Of a stretch of DNA of 16,720 nt, positions 14,170 through 16,720 are shown one piece after another. Within the stretch, counting starts at the first letter, position 1; the number at the start of each line of letters is the position of its first letter. The stretch lies in the NCBI GenBank assembly GCA_001904745.1, contig MRCD01000152.1:1-16720 (forward strand), written 5' to 3'. The translations under genes were made by a program, and so were the position numbers. A model generated the notes under the pieces. It was not told the origin of the DNA and did not search any database. It saw only the letters and a program-made list of their open reading frames with translations. The stretch comes from Calothrix sp. HK-06. Lineage in GTDB: Bacteria > Cyanobacteriota > Cyanobacteriia > Cyanobacteriales > Nostocaceae.

Positions 14170-15608
14170 TTCCTTTTCAAATTTTCTAGTTGTTCTAGTC
14201 CTTTTAATCGAGCTTTTATTAAATCGCCGAGACGATTAATTTCAGTAACTCTTCTTTCTTGCATTAGATTTTCTGCTTGTTGTAAATCTTTTTGTAAGCT
14301 TGTATAATCAGCTTCTAACTTAGTCTTATCTTCTAAAGTTACTCGATGGTGGTCACAACTTAAACAGGCATAGCGAAGATTGCAATCACCTAACATGCTT
14401 GGTCGATGGCATTCTCCCAAAGGAGTACTAACTTTGAGAATCTCAGCTAATTTCTCGTATCTACGTTTTCTAGGTATAAAGCTAGTAACCTGACCATACA
14501 TATCGACATAACCTTTAGAATTAGCCTCTTTCTCTAATCGTTCCAAAGAACGTTTTCGATAATGTGGCAACATATCCAAAGAGCCATGACCCAAAACCGC
14601 AGCAATATATTCATCTTCTGCTTCGCAGTAAGCCATGATGCTAGCTTTAGTACGGCGAAAATGATGGCTAGTAAGATGAAACTTATTACCATGCTTATCT
14701 TTAAGGTTTACTTCTTCTCTAAAATCTTGTAACCAAAGTCTAATTGTATCAAAGCGTAAAGTTTCAGGTTTATAAACTGGCTCTACCTGAAATCTTTTAC
14801 CATTATAGCCATGATGTGAAACATCAACTTTACAAAATAATTTATCAAATTTAGAATTAGCACCAAATTGAACCTCCAAAAATTTCTGTTGCTCTTGAAC
14901 TAATTCAGCTACCAAATAATTAATTTGATAAAATCGCCAGTGCTTGCGTTTCTCTACCCAACGCAACAAAAACCACTTATCACCTTCCTGTTTTAAACAT
15001 TGACGAGGCATCCTAAGCATTTCGCCTATACGACATCCCAAAACAAGCTGTAGTCGAAATAGCCTTTCCAATGGTGCTGGAAAAAGGTCGAATTGCTGGT
15101 AAATTTGATAAAGAACTTCTTCTGGAATGGTCTCAATTTTCGGAGCTTGTTTTTTTATTTTAAATGGAGTGTATATTAATTTTAGCCATCCCTCTTCTGC
15201 CCATAGTTTTAGTGCGTAGACTATATCATTTTGACGTTGTTTTGTAGAACTTTGAGTTATAAATTCTCGCAATATAGTATCAGTTAAATCTTCTGGTTTA
15301 CTATACCCTTTAGACACTAAAAACTTGTCTAGCTGTTTTAAAACGCCATTTCTATGTCTAACAGTATCCAGCGAATGTTTTGCTCTAACACTTGCTAGAA
15401 CTGTTAATTTTGTTAACAATTTTAGCCAGGATAATGAAAAAGTATCAAAATAAATATTTTTAATACGACTAAAATCAGATTCATCTTTGGTATAACCTAT
15501 TGCTTCAGTTGTCCAAACATCTTTCTCTAATAAAGTGATATCTAACAATTTTTGACCAAATTCCGAATTACTTATCCTTGACTGTAATATTTCCAAAGGT
15601 AACATCAT
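14166..15608 (-). CDS. tyrosine recombinase 2 (Tn554 TnpB-like position), with a C-terminal Cys cluster and coiled coil
   Basis: 480 aa. Catalytic-type residues are GCRIGEMLRM (Arg), LTSHHFRRTKAS (HxxR) and VLGHGSLDMLPHY (His..Tyr). The C-terminus has CHRPSMLGDCNLRYACLSCDHH followed by a coiled coil. The ATG at 15606-15608 overlaps the upstream TAA by 1 nt. Confidence 0.8.
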   Translation of the reverse strand: MMLPLEILQSRISNSEFGQKLLDITLLEKDVWTTEAIGYTKDESDFSRIKNIYFDTFSLSWLKLLTKLTVLASVRAKHSLDTVRHRNGVLKQLDKFLVSKGYSKPEDLTDTILREFITQSSTKQRQNDIVYALKLWAEEGWLKLIYTPFKIKKQAPKIETIPEEVLYQIYQQFDLFPAPLERLFRLQLVLGCRIGEMLRMPRQCLKQEGDKWFLLRWVEKRKHWRFYQINYLVAELVQEQQKFLEVQFGANSKFDKLFCKVDVSHHGYNGKRFQVEPVYKPETLRFDTIRLWLQDFREEVNLKDKHGNKFHLTSHHFRRTKASIMAYCEAEDEYIAAVLGHGSLDMLPHYRKRSLERLEKEANSKGYVDMYGQVTSFIPRKRRYEKLAEILKVSTPLGECHRPSMLGDCNLRYACLSCDHHRVTLEDKTKLEADYTSLQKDLQQAENLMQERRVTEINRLGDLIKARLKGLEQLENLKRK

Positions 15609-16720
15609 TATTCTTGCTCCTCTGCCGCTAGATAAACATCTAGGCTCATGTCATTTAGTACATGAGAATAAATATCTTTAGTAGTCGCAATTGAACTGTG
15701 CCCTAATAGCTGCTGAACATAGTGGTCGGCATAACCAGCTTGAAGCATCCTAGTAGCAAAAGTATGCCTGAATAAATGAGGATGTGCTTTAATTCCTGTT
15801 CTATCTTTTAGTTGATAAAAGAGACTATTTAACCTTGCACTAGTCATAGGTTTTCCAATATACTGACCATCCAAATTAACAAACAGCATTCCATGCCTAA
15901 GTTTTTCTGCTTCTTTTGGATATTCTTCTAGTAAATAAGTATGAAAAGTTTCTTGAACCGCCTCTCTGTTATGAAGGACTGGTATTTCTCTCTCTGTGCC
16001 TTTGGCTATCGCTCCATTGGGATTATTGTCCCGCCTTATAACTCTAATTCTTCCTCTTTTATCAAAGTCATGTAAGTCTACTAAATGCAAGCCTAATAGT
16101 TCTCCTCTTCGTATTCCGGTTTCTCTCAGTAGCATCATTATTAGCCTGTCTCTATAGCTATAACAGGCATTTGCCAGTTGACTTACTTGTTCGTCAGTCA
16201 GGCAACCAGGGAAGATTTTAGGCTCTTTTACTTTAATCCGCTTACGTTTTTCTGGAGTGCTTTTAACTATGCCGCGTAAGAAACCACCTCGTTTACCCCA
16301 TCCGTGAACCAATTTGGTAAAAACTTTTTCGTCAATCCTACCTTCTACAATGTGGAATTCGTAAAGCCCTTGAATGGCTGTAACTGCTTGGTTGACTGTT
16401 TTTGGGCTACGTTTAGAAACTATTTCGCGTACTTCTTCACTGATTACTTCTACTTCGCCACCAAGAAGATACCAGTTGACAAAATCAGCTAGTTCTTGGA
16501 GTCCCACATCTTGCCAGTTAAGAGATTTGTATTCTAGCCACTGCCAAAAACCTACTAATCGGTAAGCGTAAGTATTAACTGTATTAGCCGCTAATTGGCG
16601 TTTACGGCAGTAATTTAAGTATCGCTGGATTGGTTCTACTGGTAAGCAAGTTTCTGTGTCAAATACACAGCAAACTTTTTGCTCTGTTTGAGGGTCAATC
16701 CCTCTCTCTAGGCTTATCAT
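15608..16720 (-). CDS. tyrosine recombinase 1 (XerC/D-like, Tn554 TnpA-like position)
   Basis: 370 aa. The N-terminal SAM-like domain has AANTVNTYAYRLVGFWQWLE. Catalytic residues are ETGIRRGELLGL (Arg), HPHLFRHTFATRML (HxxR), LLGHSSIATT (His) and DIYSHV (Tyr). The ATG sits exactly at the window edge, so a longer N-terminus cannot be excluded. Confidence 0.85.
   Translation of the reverse strand: MISLERGIDPQTEQKVCCVFDTETCLPVEPIQRYLNYCRKRQLAANTVNTYAYRLVGFWQWLEYKSLNWQDVGLQELADFVNWYLLGGEVEVISEEVREIVSKRSPKTVNQAVTAIQGLYEFHIVEGRIDEKVFTKLVHGWGKRGGFLRGIVKSTPEKRKRIKVKEPKIFPGCLTDEQVSQLANACYSYRDRLIMMLLRETGIRRGELLGLHLVDLHDFDKRGRIRVIRRDNNPNGAIAKGTEREIPVLHNREAVQETFHTYLLEEYPKEAEKLRHGMLFVNLDGQYIGKPMTSARLNSLFYQLKDRTGIKAHPHLFRHTFATRMLQAGYADHYVQQLLGHSSIATTKDIYSHVLNDMSLDVYLAAEEQE

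Larger units (their letters stand above)
8731..16720 (-). mobile_element. putative Tn554/RIT-like integrative element (partial; the recombinase end runs off the window)
   Basis: Recombinase genes sit at one end, followed by cargo (DnaB, MTase), all co-oriented, as in Tn554-type elements. The segment is more AT-rich than the left flank: spot counts give about 33% versus about 41% G+C. It has almost none of the GGCGCC sites that saturate the left flank. Its proposed inner end coincides with the breakpoint inside the resident MTase gene at ~8730. No terminal repeats could be verified. Confidence 0.4.

Noticed and set aside
1-16720. Searched for CRISPR arrays, tRNA or rRNA genes, HIP1 (GCGATCGC) and long tandem repeats.
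   Set aside because: No regularly spaced direct repeats, no cloverleaf-like or rRNA-like segments and no GCGATCGC were seen. The only tandem-like signal (KKEQKKEQ codons near 12270) is ordinary coding low complexity.

Overview
This is mosaic accessory DNA, probably from a plasmid or integrative element of a cyanobacterium; that taxon guess is low confidence and rests on protein flavour and one small conserved ORF family.

Gene layout, left to right:
- 99-1826 (+): a MobV-type relaxase fused to a DUF3991/Toprim-like C-terminus.
- 1832-2465: two decayed genes.
- 2472-6967 (-): six genes of unknown function.
- 7169-8047 (-): a TGT-fold, DpdA-like (7-deazaguanine DNA transglycosylase family) gene. 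Its start overlaps the 3' end of a 5'-truncated C5 cytosine methyltransferase remnant (8007-8741).
- 8742-9058: a non-coding junction of about 320 bp.
- 9059-16720 (-): one tightly packed array running off the window. It holds an intact C5 methyltransferase (9059-10045), DnaB (10166-11479), an HTH/coiled-coil TnpC/DUF6262-like protein (11466-12350) and three tandem overlapping tyrosine recombinases (12343-16720) in a Tn554/RIT-like layout.

Signals at sequence level that the genes do not explain:
- GGCGCC occurs 16 times in 1-9312, where fewer than one is expected, and never in 9313-16720.
- GATC occurs once in 16.7 kb, while the same-composition TCGA occurs at least 35 times.
- HIP1 (GCGATCGC) is absent.

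The most interesting candidates are the orphan DpdA-like gene coupled to a C5 methyltransferase inside a GGCGCC-saturated segment, and the recombinase-trio/DnaB/methyltransferase element that appears to end at a breakpoint inside the catalytic PCQ motif of the resident methyltransferase. No rRNA, tRNA or CRISPR array was found. All motif calls are from reading the translations by eye; no database search was run.
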